Shown here one piece after another: positions 18,066-28,275 of a stretch of DNA of 64,000 nucleotides. Position numbers and translations under genes: made by a program. The DNA is from an uncultured delta proteobacterium. GTDB taxonomy: Bacteria; Myxococcota_A; UBA9160; UBA4427. How positions within the stretch are numbered: the first letter of the stretch is position 1; each line of letters opens with the position of its first letter. Below the pieces are notes generated by a model that was given only the letters and a program-made list of their open reading frames with translations, did no database searches and was not told the origin of the DNA. The stretch lies in assembly GCA_963822965.1 (NCBI GenBank), contig CAWGJT010000005.1:544001-608000 (forward strand), in the 5' to 3' direction.

Positions 18066-19739
18066 TTGACCGCCAGGGAGCCCACGAGCGAGGACGGACG
18101 GCGCCGCTGGGCTCCCGACTTCGAGTCCCGCCGCTCGCCCGTCCTCGGCCGCGGCGGCATGGTGGCCTCGAGTCAGCCGCTCGCGACCGCCGCCGGGCTG
18201 CGGGTCCTGTCGGCGGGCGGCAACGCCGCGGACGCCGCGGTGGCGACGGCGGCCGCGCTGAACGTGACCGAGCCCGGCAGCACGGGCATCGGCGGCGACT
18301 GCTTCGCCCTCTACTTCGACGCCGAGACGCGAAGGGTCTCTGCCCTCAACGGCTCGGGTCGGGCGCCTGCCGGTCTCGACCTCGCCCGGCTGCGCGACCG
18401 GGGCTTTGGCGAGGAGCTGCCCCACTTCGACGCCCACACCGTGACGGTGCCCGGCGCCTGCGCGGGCTGGGAGGCGACGATCCTCCGGCACGGACGTCTC
18501 GGCCTGGCGGACGTGCTGGCTCCCGCCATCGAGCTGGCCGAGCGGGGCGTGCCGGTGGCGCCCATGACCGCCGGGCTGTGGCGCGGCGCCGTGGAGCGCC
18601 AGCTCTCGCGCGGGGCGGGCGCGCGCGAGCTGCTCGTCGACGGGCGGGCGCCCCGGGCCGGCGAGATCTTCCGCAACCCGACCCTGGCCCGGACCTTCCG
18701 CACCGTGGCCGAGGGCGGCGCGGAGGCCTTCTACCGGGGTCCCATCGCGGCGGCCATCGCGGCGGTCGTGCAGGAGTACGGGGGCGTGCTCACCGAGGCC
18801 GACCTCGAAGCCCACTGGGACGCCCGGGACGCCGGCTGGGTGGAGCCCATCTCCACGGAGTACCGCGGACACCGCGTGTGGGAGTGTCCGCCGAACGGCC
18901 AGGGGCTGGCGGCGCTGCTGGCGCTCAACCTCGTGCGGGGCTTCGACCCGGGCGAGAGCGAGCCGCTCTCGGCGGATCGTTTCCACCTGCTGATCGAGGC
19001 CATGCGCCTCGCATTCGCGGACGCCCGCTGGTACGTGGCCGATCCGGACGTGGTGACGGTTCCCCTGGCCGAGCTGCTCTCGGAGGACTACGCGGCGGAG
19101 CGTCGCAAGCAGATCGACCCACGCCGGGCGAACACCGGCGCCCAGCGCGGCGTCCCGTTCGCCAGCTCGGACACGGTGCAGCTCGCCTGCGTGGACGCCG
19201 ACGGCAACGCCTGCTCGTTCATCAACAGCAACTACATGGGCTTCGGCACCGGCCTCGTGCCCGAGGGCTGGGGCTTCACGCTCCAGAACCGCGGCCACAA
19301 CTTCAGCCTCGATCCCGCGCATCCGAACTGCGTGGCGCCCGGCAAGCGCCCATACCACACCATCATCCCCGGCATGATCACCCGGCCGGACGGCAGCCTG
19401 TACGCGCCCTTCGGCGTGATGGGCGGCTTCACCCAGCCCCAGGGCCATCTGCAGGTGGTGGTCGCCATGCTCGACGACGGGCTCGACCCGCAGCAGGCCC
19501 TCGACCGGCCCCGTTTCCAGATCACGGACGGCACGGCCAGCGGCTCGGTGGGCATCGAGGACGGGGTTCCGGCGGAGACTCTCGCGGCCCTGCGCCGCCG
19601 GGGCCACGAGCTGCACCTGGCGGAAGGCTGGCTGCGGATCGCCTTCGGCCGCGGTCAGATCATCCGGCGCGAGCCCGACGGCGTGCTGTGGGGCGGGAGC
19701 GACCCCCGAGCCGACGGCTGCGCGATGTGCCTGCTCTGA
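18066..19739 (+). CDS. ggt: Gamma-glutamyltransferase
   Basis: GGNAADAAVA, GIGGDCF, PPNGQG, SDT (N-terminal nucleophile Thr), PGKRPYHTIIP, GVMGG. Confidence 0.93.
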   Translation: MTAREPTSEDGRRRWAPDFESRRSPVLGRGGMVASSQPLATAAGLRVLSAGGNAADAAVATAAALNVTEPGSTGIGGDCFALYFDAETRRVSALNGSGRAPAGLDLARLRDRGFGEELPHFDAHTVTVPGACAGWEATILRHGRLGLADVLAPAIELAERGVPVAPMTAGLWRGAVERQLSRGAGARELLVDGRAPRAGEIFRNPTLARTFRTVAEGGAEAFYRGPIAAAIAAVVQEYGGVLTEADLEAHWDARDAGWVEPISTEYRGHRVWECPPNGQGLAALLALNLVRGFDPGESEPLSADRFHLLIEAMRLAFADARWYVADPDVVTVPLAELLSEDYAAERRKQIDPRRANTGAQRGVPFASSDTVQLACVDADGNACSFINSNYMGFGTGLVPEGWGFTLQNRGHNFSLDPAHPNCVAPGKRPYHTIIPGMITRPDGSLYAPFGVMGGFTQPQGHLQVVVAMLDDGLDPQQALDRPRFQITDGTASGSVGIEDGVPAETLAALRRRGHELHLAEGWLRIAFGRGQIIRREPDGVLWGGSDPRADGCAMCLL

Positions 19740-19947
19740 GGCCATCGGGGCCACCGGCAACTTCACCGGCCATCCATCCGTCGTCATTTGGAAATGCGGT
19801 GCTGACGCCGGCGCCGGGAGCGCTTACCCTCACGCCGACCCCCCGAAGCGACGAATACAAGTGCCAGCGCCCAGGAGCGAGCTGGGACTTGGAGAACAGG
19901 GAAAGCGTTCCGGCCCGGAGTGCACGTCGCTCCCGGGCCGGCTCGGC

Positions 19948-21045
19948 ATGGGGGCCTGCGTGACGTTCCGCCGTCTTCTTCTTCTTTCGATTGCGACCCG
20001 CGCCCGCACGCGGCGGGTGGCGCTCGTCGGGGCCGCCGTGCTCGTCGCCGCCTGCGCGAGCACCGAGATCGGCAGTCCCAACGACTACGAGCCCGTCGAG
20101 CTGAATCGCGTCTATCCCTATCCGAGCGCGGAAGAGCTCGCCCAGCAGAAGACCGAGGTGGTCCTCGCCACCCACTACACCACCGAGCTGCCCAAGAAGA
20201 TCGTCGGCTCGTCGATGACGAACGTGCAGCAGGACCTGCTGCGCGTGCTCGGCGAGGCGGGGGCGCGGGTGGTCGACCGCAGCCTCGACGACCTCTCTTC
20301 CGTGCGACGGGAGCTGATGGCCCAGAAGAAGCGACGGCGCGGGGCCGACATGGACGTGAACTGGGTGCTCATCTCGCGCATCTCCCGCTTCGAGCACCAC
20401 GCCCACTACGAGCCGCCGTCGGGGCTCTTCAAGAGCGAGGAGGAGCTGGCCGCCGAGCCGGGCACCTGCACCCACACCACCGAGGTGGAGGTGGACCTCA
20501 AGGCCATGGTGCTGCCCACCGACGACGTGGCGCGCACCACCTTCACCCTGAAGAACACCCACGAGATGGAGCAGGACGACTTCGAGGAGAGCTGCCCCCT
20601 CGACGCGGCCCGCAAGCAGGCCCTGATGGACGAGACGCTCGAGGAGGCCCTGCCCTGCCTCTCGGTGCCCCTCAAGAACCAGTTCGCGCCCCGGGGCTAC
20701 ATCGAGCAGCACCGCGTGAGCTCGGCGGGCGACACCCACATCTTCAAGACCTCCCTGGGCAAGCGCAACGGCGCCCGCCCCGGCCTCGAGCTGTCGATCT
20801 TCCGGGTGCAGTACATGACCACCCGCGACGGGCGCCAGGACCGGGCGGAGCACCGCATCGGCAAGGCGCTCATCACCGACCAGGTCGGCCCGAACTACTC
20901 CTGGGTGGCGGTGAACCTCGGCGATCTCGAGCAGCCGATCCTGGCGGGCGATCTGGTGCGCGCCGTCTACGAGGACTCGTTCGCCGCCGGCCTGGGCCTG
21001 GGGAAGTGCGACGACATGCTGCAGGTGAAGCGGGAGCCCCGCTGA
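19948..21045 (+). CDS. Putative lipoprotein with FlgT-C-like C-terminal domain (start 19948 or 19960)
   Basis: Lipobox VAAC; CsgG/TolB-N-like VVDR segment; SLGKRNGARPG.EL.IF resembles the FlgT C-terminus. Confidence 0.55.
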   Translation: MGACVTFRRLLLLSIATRARTRRVALVGAAVLVAACASTEIGSPNDYEPVELNRVYPYPSAEELAQQKTEVVLATHYTTELPKKIVGSSMTNVQQDLLRVLGEAGARVVDRSLDDLSSVRRELMAQKKRRRGADMDVNWVLISRISRFEHHAHYEPPSGLFKSEEELAAEPGTCTHTTEVEVDLKAMVLPTDDVARTTFTLKNTHEMEQDDFEESCPLDAARKQALMDETLEEALPCLSVPLKNQFAPRGYIEQHRVSSAGDTHIFKTSLGKRNGARPGLELSIFRVQYMTTRDGRQDRAEHRIGKALITDQVGPNYSWVAVNLGDLEQPILAGDLVRAVYEDSFAAGLGLGKCDDMLQVKREPR

Positions 21046-21054
21046 CGATCGGGG

Positions 21055-21717
21055 CTACGACACGGGCTCGGCCGGGGCGAGCCGCTCCCGGGCGGCCTTC
21101 TCCAGCGCTTCGATGCGAGAGGCGATGCGGCGGCTCAGGTCCGCCAGCAGCTTGCCGTGGGCGCGGACGAGCTCGTCGACGCCCGAGCCGGCCAGGGGCT
21201 CGCGCAAGGTCGTCACCTCCACGGCCACGGCGTCCGGCGCTTCCGCCGACGAGAGCAGCTCCCAGCGCACCCGCAGGTCGAGCGCCTCGCCCGGGCGACC
21301 GTCGAAGCGCTCGAAGTAGAGTCTCACGCGGTACTTCGTCGGGAAGCCCGCCACCAGCGGGTAGACGACGATGCGGTCGGTCGCGAGCAGGATGGCGAGG
21401 TTCTCGCCCAACACCCGCAGCGTCTCCGTCTCGAGGCTCCCGGCCCAGCGGTTCTGCTCGTCGAACTCGAGGCGCGATTCCCCGCGGCGGAGCACGATCT
21501 GGGGCCGCTGCAGGTAGCGAGGCATGTGGAGCGGTCCCACCGCCACGGCCAGCTGGACGTCCGACGGCGCCGTGTCCTCCTGCGGCCGCTCCGACGCCAT
21601 GGGCGCCAGCGCGTAGAAGCGCGGCGTCGGGCTCGAGCCGCAGGCCAGGAGCCCCGCGCCGAGCATCGCCGGCACCAGCAGCCGGAGCCCGTGCGAAGTC
21701 GGGGGTCGTCTTGTCAT
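21055..21717 (-). CDS. pqiC: PqiC family ABC-transport auxiliary lipoprotein
   Basis: LLAC lipobox, PTPRFYAL, PRYLQRPQIV, NRWAGSL. Confidence 0.88.
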   Translation of the reverse strand: MTRRPPTSHGLRLLVPAMLGAGLLACGSSPTPRFYALAPMASERPQEDTAPSDVQLAVAVGPLHMPRYLQRPQIVLRRGESRLEFDEQNRWAGSLETETLRVLGENLAILLATDRIVVYPLVAGFPTKYRVRLYFERFDGRPGEALDLRVRWELLSSAEAPDAVAVEVTTLREPLAGSGVDELVRAHGKLLADLSRRIASRIEALEKAARERLAPAEPVS

Positions 21718-21767
21718 GCTCACCGCTCTACACCCTCTCGTCACGTGCGTCCCTCGGATCCGGCGCA

Positions 21768-23393
21768 TCACTTGCCTCGGATCAGCGCTTCGGGGTGCTG
21801 CTCGAGATAGTCGGCCAGCACCCGCACCGAACGCGCTGCCTCCCCCACGTCCTCGAGCGCCCGCCGCAGCTCGATCGGCAGCGGCGCATCCTCCGCCAGC
21901 AGTCGGTCGAGGTTGCTGACGGTGCTGTCCAGACGCGAGAGCGTGCTGTCGAGGGACGGCATCAGGTCGTCGTTGAAGCTCGCGGCGAGCCGGCTCGTCT
22001 CCGAGAGCGTCGTCTTCAGCTCGGCGAGCGAGCCCTGCAGGTCCTTGGCGATCTGCTCGAGGGGCATCCGGTCGATCTTCGCGACGAGGCCAGCCAGGCT
22101 GGCGGTGATCTCCTCGAGCGGGGCCGGGATGGTGGGCAGCTCGGGATAGGTGCCGCCGAGCACGATGTTGGCCGGGGGCGCATCCGGATAGATGTCGATC
22201 TCGATCTGCAGGGCGCCGGTCAGCAGGTTGCCGCTGCCGAGCCGGGCCCGCATGCCGTTGGCGACCAGGCGCTCGACCCGGCCCTGCGCCTGGGCGGCGG
22301 ACTCGGTGCTCGCGTCGGCGATGTGGAGCCGCTCGGGCTCCACCTCGACCACCACGGGGACGTGCACCTCGAAGGTGATGGGATCGAGCTCGAGCTTCAC
22401 GTCCACGACGTGCCCGATCTTGATGCCACGGAAGACCACCGGCGAGCCGGGCGAGAGGCCCTGCACCGAGTTCTGGAAGTGGAGCAGATAGCGTCTCTTG
22501 ATGGTGTAGATCGGCTGCTCCGACTCGCGGCGGCTGGGGAAGAGGGCGAAGATGGCGTCCTCGTCCACCGGCCGTCCCGGGTTCTCGGAATCCGGCGTGT
22601 CGAACGCGACGCCCCCGATCAGCATCGAGACCATGGAGACCGTGTCGATGCGAACGCCCTCTGAGTTGAGCGACACGTCGAGGCCACTGGCGTTCCAGAA
22701 GCGCGTGTTCGACCGGACCCGCGCGTCGTGGGGAGCCCGGACGAAGACCTTGGTGATGATGAAGTCGCCGCTGGGATCCATCTCGTAGGAGGCCACCTCG
22801 CCCACCTGGAGCTCGCGGTAGTAGACGGGCACGCCGACGTCGAGGGAGCCCAGCTCCTCCGAGCGCAGGGTGAACAGGCTACCGGCCTCGGAGGTCGTCA
22901 CCACCGGCGGCGTCTCGAGACCGACGAAGTGATCCTGCGGCGCTCCCTCGCGCACCGGGTCGATCGCCAGGTACGCGCCGGAGAGCAGCGTTCCCAGGCC
23001 AGTGATGCGCCCGGCCGAGATCTGCGGCTTCACCACCCAGAAGCGCGTGTTCTCCGTCAGGTAATTTTCGGCCCCGGGCACCAGCTCGGCCGTCACGATC
23101 ACGTGCGAGAGGTCGTCGGCGAGGCGGATCGCCTTGACGCTTCCCACCTGCAGGTCCTTGTAGGAGACCTTGGTCTTGCCCGCCTCGAGGCCCTCGGCGG
23201 TCTTGAACTCGATGGTGACGGTCGGTCCCTGCTCGGAGATGGCGCGCCAGGCGATCCAGCCGCCGATCAGGACCGCGACCAGGGGGATCAGCCAGACGAG
23301 CGAGATACCGCCCCCGCCGTGGCGGACGACGGCTTCGGGCACCGATTGCTCGAGGGTGTCGGCTGCGCTGCGGGGTCCGCCGTCTTCGCTCAT
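21768..23393 (-). CDS. pqiB: PqiB multi-MCE (MlaD) domain protein
   Basis: ISLVWLIPLVA, AEGLEAGKT, GLGTLLSGAY, TRFWNASG, GLSPGSPVVFRG, HPEALIRGK. Confidence 0.92.
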   Translation of the reverse strand: MSEDGGPRSAADTLEQSVPEAVVRHGGGGISLVWLIPLVAVLIGGWIAWRAISEQGPTVTIEFKTAEGLEAGKTKVSYKDLQVGSVKAIRLADDLSHVIVTAELVPGAENYLTENTRFWVVKPQISAGRITGLGTLLSGAYLAIDPVREGAPQDHFVGLETPPVVTTSEAGSLFTLRSEELGSLDVGVPVYYRELQVGEVASYEMDPSGDFIITKVFVRAPHDARVRSNTRFWNASGLDVSLNSEGVRIDTVSMVSMLIGGVAFDTPDSENPGRPVDEDAIFALFPSRRESEQPIYTIKRRYLLHFQNSVQGLSPGSPVVFRGIKIGHVVDVKLELDPITFEVHVPVVVEVEPERLHIADASTESAAQAQGRVERLVANGMRARLGSGNLLTGALQIEIDIYPDAPPANIVLGGTYPELPTIPAPLEEITASLAGLVAKIDRMPLEQIAKDLQGSLAELKTTLSETSRLAASFNDDLMPSLDSTLSRLDSTVSNLDRLLAEDAPLPIELRRALEDVGEAARSVRVLADYLEQHPEALIRGK

Positions 23394-24028
23394 GATCGTT
23401 CCTGCTCCGCCAGGGGATCCGCGCGATCCCAGATGAGCCGGGGGTCGAAGCACTCCGCGGCGAAGATCGTGAGCACCACCACCGCGCCGAAGAAGACCGC
23501 GCCCAGCTCCGCCCGGATGTTCGCCAGCTCCTGCAGCCGCACCAGGGCGACGAGGATCGTCACCACGTAGATGTCCACCATCGACCAGCGACCGATCGCC
23601 TCGATGATGCGATAGAGGCGGGTGCGGTCCACCGGCCGCGCCCGCGAGCCCGACTGCACCGAGTAGAGCAGATAGGCGAGCACCACCAGCTTGAGCACGG
23701 GAACCATCACGCTGGCGGTGAAGACCACGACCGCGAGCGGCCACTCGTGCTTCAACAGGTACAGGACGCCGCTCAGGATGGTGTCGGACTGGGAGTAGCC
23801 GAGGGAGGTGGTCGTCATGATGGGCAGTGTGTTGGCCGGGATGTAGAGCACCGCCGCCGCGAAGAGAAGCGCCCAGGCGCGCCGCACGCTGTCCACCTTG
23901 CGGGAGTGCACCGTCGCTTCGCAGCGGGGACACGCCGCACCGTGCCCCGGCGGCAGCTTCACCAGCAGGCCGCAATCGTGGCAGGTGGCCATGTCGAGGG
24001 AATGCGCGGTGACGAGGGCGGCGCTCAT
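23390..24028 (-). CDS. pqiA: Paraquat-inducible protein A (second half-gene)
   Basis: CHDC..CPRC, YIPANTLPIM, IGRWSMVDIYVV. Confidence 0.9.
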   Translation of the reverse strand: MSAALVTAHSLDMATCHDCGLLVKLPPGHGAACPRCEATVHSRKVDSVRRAWALLFAAAVLYIPANTLPIMTTTSLGYSQSDTILSGVLYLLKHEWPLAVVVFTASVMVPVLKLVVLAYLLYSVQSGSRARPVDRTRLYRIIEAIGRWSMVDIYVVTILVALVRLQELANIRAELGAVFFGAVVVLTIFAAECFDPRLIWDRADPLAEQERS

Positions 24029-24630
24029 CGGGACACCGGAACGTGGTCCCAGACGGCACGCGGATCGAGCGTCGCCGACGCACCCGCCAGGACGACGATC
24101 AGCACGGCGAACGACCAGATGGCGAGGCCGGGGACGATCTCCGCCATGTCGCCCAGCTTGCTGAGCGCCACCAGGATTCCGATCAGGAAGACCTCCATCA
24201 TGCTCCAGGGTGCCACGTGCCGCAGGGCTCGAAAGAAGAGCGGCAGCCGCCAGGGCATCCGGCGCAGGTGCAGGGGCAGCAGCACGTAGAGGAGCAGCGC
24301 GAGCTGCACGCCGGGCGCCAGCACCGCGGTGATCAGGACGAGCCCGGCGAGCGGCACCATGCCCTCGTGGTACAGCTCCTTGATCCCCGACAGCAGGGTC
24401 GTCTCGGTGACCCGGCCCTGCATGTCGAAGGACAGGAAGGGAAAGCTGTTCGCCACCAGGAAGAGAACCGCGCCCGCGATGCTGAGGGCCAGGGTCCGCT
24501 CGATGCTGTTCTTCTTGACGTGGAAGAGGAGCGCTCCGCAGCGGAGGCAGCGGCCCGATTCCCCCTCGACGCCTTGAGGGATCCGATGGACGAGATCGCA
24601 GTCGTGGCAGGCGACGAGCTCAGGCGACAC
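24025..24630 (-). CDS. pqiA: Paraquat-inducible protein A (first half-gene)
   Basis: ACHDCDL..CLRCG, ANSFPFL, PWSMMEVFLIG. Confidence 0.88.
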   Translation of the reverse strand: MSPELVACHDCDLVHRIPQGVEGESGRCLRCGALLFHVKKNSIERTLALSIAGAVLFLVANSFPFLSFDMQGRVTETTLLSGIKELYHEGMVPLAGLVLITAVLAPGVQLALLLYVLLPLHLRRMPWRLPLFFRALRHVAPWSMMEVFLIGILVALSKLGDMAEIVPGLAIWSFAVLIVVLAGASATLDPRAVWDHVPVSR

Positions 24631-24700
24631 ACGAGAAGCTTGACCGGAAAGCCGGGCCCGCGCCAGCCCGGGGAGGCGGGCAGCGGACGTGGAACGCCCG

Positions 24701-25771
24701 CTATCCGAGCAGGAAGCGGAGCCGGTCGGCGCGGGTCTCCCGGGCCTGGGCGTGGAGCGAGAGCTGCCCCCGCGCCCGGCTGAGGTTGTGCTCCCCCGCC
24801 GAGGCGAAGAGCTCGGGATTCCAGCCGAAGTAGCTCTCGCGCAGGGCATCGGCGGCGAAGCGCGCGCACAGCTCGATGGACAGACGCTCGATGGCGTGAG
24901 CCAGGCTCTCGAGCTCGCGCCGCCCGAGATCGAGGGTGACCGCGTCGAGCCAGGCCGCAGCCGAGGCCTCGAAGATGGACGGGTCCAGCAGCGCCTCGGG
25001 CTCGTGCTCCCGGTGGCGGTTGCACCAGGAGCGCCACGCATCTCCGAGGTCCACCCACAAGGGCATGCGAGAGAGGGTGTCGAGATCGATGAGGCAGCGA
25101 GCTTCCACGGGCTCGTCTCCCGACGCAGCCGGCCGGAACAGGATGTTGTTGAACTTCAGGTCCAGGTGGACGACCCGAGCCGGCACGTCGCCCAGGGGCT
25201 GCCACTGCTCGACCACCTCGCGGACCTGCAGGGCGATGGGCCGCACCTCGGCCCACAGGCGGTGGTCGCGGTGCTCCTCGAGCGCGCGGGCGAGCTCGAC
25301 GAAGTGGAGCGCCGCGTCGTGGAACGGAAAGCCCAGCGGTGCGAAGTCGTGCTCGAGATCGTCGAGGGCGCTGTGGAATCGCGCCACGAGCCGCCCGGCG
25401 GAGGCCGCGCGAGCCGGCGAGCCGCACGTGTCGTAGCTCGTGCCTTCCACCAGGGTCATCAGGCGGAAGCGGCCGAGATCCGACCCGAGGTCTGCGAACA
25501 GGGCGTTCGCGCGCGTGCGGCAAAGGCGCGGCGTCTCGAGCCCTCGTTCGGCGAGGCGCGACGTCACGGCCTCGATGTTCTCGTGGACGTCCAGCGAGAA
25601 GAGCGGGTTCAAGCGCTGCAGGACGTAGCGCGCGTCGCCGTCCTCCACCCGCCAGGTCTGGTGGATGAGGCCGCGGGTGATGGGCGTGACACGGGGCCGG
25701 CCCGGCATCGGATAGCGAGCCAGGGCGGCGGCGACGGGGTCCGGGTTCCCGGGCGAGCGACTGTCCGACAC
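24701..25771 (-). CDS. Aminoglycoside-phosphotransferase-like sugar kinase
   Basis: GLIHQTW, YVLQRLN, VHLDLKFNNILF, LIDLDT. Confidence 0.85.
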   Translation of the reverse strand: MSDSRSPGNPDPVAAALARYPMPGRPRVTPITRGLIHQTWRVEDGDARYVLQRLNPLFSLDVHENIEAVTSRLAERGLETPRLCRTRANALFADLGSDLGRFRLMTLVEGTSYDTCGSPARAASAGRLVARFHSALDDLEHDFAPLGFPFHDAALHFVELARALEEHRDHRLWAEVRPIALQVREVVEQWQPLGDVPARVVHLDLKFNNILFRPAASGDEPVEARCLIDLDTLSRMPLWVDLGDAWRSWCNRHREHEPEALLDPSIFEASAAAWLDAVTLDLGRRELESLAHAIERLSIELCARFAADALRESYFGWNPELFASAGEHNLSRARGQLSLHAQARETRADRLRFLLG

Positions 25772-25908
25772 GCCGAGAGGGTTGGCTTTCGCCGACGCCG
25801 CCGCAAGGCTGGCGCGGCGTTCGCGACTCCCGCAAGCTCGCCGGGGCCGGATGCGCCGCCGCCCCGCTCCTTTGGCGTCGGGCTCGCGCGCCCGGGGAGG
25901 TGCTCGCC

Positions 25909-26697
25909 ATGCCCCACGTCGAGACCGAGCAGGCCACCATCGTGTACGACGTCTACGGCGACCCGTCCCCGGCGGGCGCCGTGGTGTTCGCGCACGGCGC
26001 GGGCGGCAACGCGCTCTCCTGGTGGCAGCAGGTGCCGAGCTTCTCCCGGCAGCGCCCGGTCGTCACCTTCGACCACCGCAGCTTCGGGCGCTCGCGCTGC
26101 GCGCCGGGCAGCTTCTCGGCCACCCACTTCGCCGACGACCTGCTCGCCGTGCTCGACGCCGAGGGGATCGAGCGGGCGGATCTCGTGTGCCAGTCGATGG
26201 GCGGCTGGACCGGGCTGCCCCTCGCGCTGCGACATCCCGACCGGGTTCGCGCGCTGGTGCTGTGCGATACCCCCGGTGGCCTCTTCATCGACGAGGTGGC
26301 CCGGGCCCTGGCGGAGACCGGCGACCGCATCCGCAACGCGGGCATCCAGGCGAATGCGGCCCTGGCCCCCGACTATCCCGAGCGCGAGCCCGAGATGACG
26401 CACCTCTACGGGCGCATCTCGAGCCTCAACACGGAGGTCGACCCGGGCGCCCTGGCGGCGCTCGCCGCCGCCGAGGCGCGCATCGCACCCGAGGATCTCG
26501 AAGGCTTCGCGGTGCCCACCCTCGTCGTGGCGGGGGAGCGCGACCTTCTCTTTCCGCCGTCCACCCTGCAGGCGGTGGCCAAGCGCATTCCGGGCGCCGA
26601 GTACCGGGAGTTCCCGGGCTGCGGTCACTCGGTCTACTTCGAGGCGGCCCCGGCGTTCAACGAGGCGGTGGCGGAGTTCCTGGCGCGCCGGGACTGA
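25909..26697 (+). CDS. Alpha/beta fold hydrolase
   Basis: FAHGAGG, DHRSFGRS, CQSMGG nucleophile elbow, GHSVYFE. Confidence 0.9.
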   Translation: MPHVETEQATIVYDVYGDPSPAGAVVFAHGAGGNALSWWQQVPSFSRQRPVVTFDHRSFGRSRCAPGSFSATHFADDLLAVLDAEGIERADLVCQSMGGWTGLPLALRHPDRVRALVLCDTPGGLFIDEVARALAETGDRIRNAGIQANAALAPDYPEREPEMTHLYGRISSLNTEVDPGALAALAAAEARIAPEDLEGFAVPTLVVAGERDLLFPPSTLQAVAKRIPGAEYREFPGCGHSVYFEAAPAFNEAVAEFLARRD

Positions 26698-26712
26698 GAG
26701 CCGCCCTCGCGC

Positions 26713-27564
26713 TCACACGTCGAAGCGGAAGTACTGGCCGTCGCGCACGATGCGCCCCGCCGTGGGCGCGGCGAAGTGGGTGCCGAGCACGAGAACCGGT
26801 CCGTCCGCATAGGTCTCGAGGAAGCGGAGCCGGGTCTCCTGGGCGAGCGCGCCGTCGACGTCCGCCGTGTCCGTCCAGTCCGGGTGCGCCATCTGCAGGG
26901 GGTGGTGGAACAGGTCGCCGGTGATGATCGCCTGCTCGCCCCGGGACTCGACGACCACGCTCACGTGGCCCGGCGTGTGGCCGGGGGTCGGGATGAGCCG
27001 CACCTCGTCGGTCACCACGTGATCCATCCCGACGAGGTCGACGAGATCGGCCTCGAAGATCGGCAGGACCGAGTCGTACTTCGCCTCCGGCGAGAAGGGG
27101 TCCTCCTCGTCCTTCCAGAAGGCCCACTCCGCCTCGCCCACGAGGTAGCGGGCGTTCGGGAAGGTGGGCACCCAGCGCCCGTCCTGCTTCACCGTGTTCC
27201 AGCCCACGTGATCGAAGTGCAGGTGGGTGCAGAGCACCCGGTCGACGCCGGCCGCCGCGAAGCCGATGCCCTCGAGGTCCTCGAGGAAGCTCGACTGCGG
27301 CAGGGGCATGTCCAGCAGCGGCCGGTTCTTGCCGGCGCCCACGCAGGTGTCGACCACGATGCGCGCGTCACCCGAACGGATCGCGAAGGCGTGGATGCTG
27401 AGGAGCATGTTGCCGTCGCCGTCCAGGAAGTGCGGACACAGCCAGCCGTGCAGGTCGGCGATCGCCTCGGGCACGGCCTGGGGAACCAAGCCGGTCGGGG
27501 GCAGCGGGACCACGACGTCCACCACCCGGGTGATCTCCACGTCGCCGATCTTCCAGGTCTCCAT
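26713..27564 (-). CDS. MBL fold metallo-hydrolase
   Basis: THLHFDHVG, PGHTPGH, TGDLFH. Confidence 0.9.
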   Translation of the reverse strand: METWKIGDVEITRVVDVVVPLPPTGLVPQAVPEAIADLHGWLCPHFLDGDGNMLLSIHAFAIRSGDARIVVDTCVGAGKNRPLLDMPLPQSSFLEDLEGIGFAAAGVDRVLCTHLHFDHVGWNTVKQDGRWVPTFPNARYLVGEAEWAFWKDEEDPFSPEAKYDSVLPIFEADLVDLVGMDHVVTDEVRLIPTPGHTPGHVSVVVESRGEQAIITGDLFHHPLQMAHPDWTDTADVDGALAQETRLRFLETYADGPVLVLGTHFAAPTAGRIVRDGQYFRFDV

Positions 27565-27597
27565 GCAATCCCCCCTCCGGCCGCCGCCGGGCCGACC

Positions 27598-28275
27598 TCA
27601 GCCGGCGGTGCCGGTCTCCGGACGCGGATCGGCTTCCGATTGCTCGATCTCGGACTGCAGGGCGTCGTTCTTGTCCCGCAGCCGCTTCAGCAGCAGGGTG
27701 GCGCCCCCTTCGGTGACGATCGGCCGGAACTGCGAGCGGAAGTTCCCCACCAGGCTCACGCCCTCGATGATGACGTCGATCACCAGCCACTGGCCGTGCA
27801 CCTCGCGCATGCGGTAGCTCAGCTCGGCGCCATCGAACTGGCCGCCCACCACCTCGCTGTTCACGGTGACGTCGCCGCGCTGCTCGGGCACCTCGGAGGT
27901 CACCTTCACCTGCACGCCCTCGTAGCGGCTGAGCCGCCGTCCGTAGCTGCGCGCCAGGTGGGTCTTGAACTCCTCGATGAACTCCTTCCGCTGCTCGGGG
28001 GTGAACTTGCGCCAGGGACGCGCGATCACCAGCTTGCCCATGGTGTCGAAGTCGAAGCGTTCGTAGGCGATGTTCGCGATGCGGTCCCGGCGGTCGTCCT
28101 CGGACGCGCCCTTCTCGTTCAGGATGGTGATGATCTGGGCGAGGGTGTCCTCGACCACCTTCCGCGCCGCGACGGCGGGCTCGCCGGACGCGGGACCGGC
28201 GCCGCCGAGGAGCAGCGCCGCCAGGACCAGGACGGACGTCGCGCGGCGCGCGCCCCCTTCACTCGTTCGTTCCAC
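27598..28275 (-). CDS. mlaC: MlaC/ttg2D phospholipid-binding protein
   Basis: FDFDTMGKLV, W.VIDVIIEGVSLVGNFRSQF. Confidence 0.88.
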   Translation of the reverse strand: MERTSEGGARRATSVLVLAALLLGGAGPASGEPAVAARKVVEDTLAQIITILNEKGASEDDRRDRIANIAYERFDFDTMGKLVIARPWRKFTPEQRKEFIEEFKTHLARSYGRRLSRYEGVQVKVTSEVPEQRGDVTVNSEVVGGQFDGAELSYRMREVHGQWLVIDVIIEGVSLVGNFRSQFRPIVTEGGATLLLKRLRDKNDALQSEIEQSEADPRPETGTAG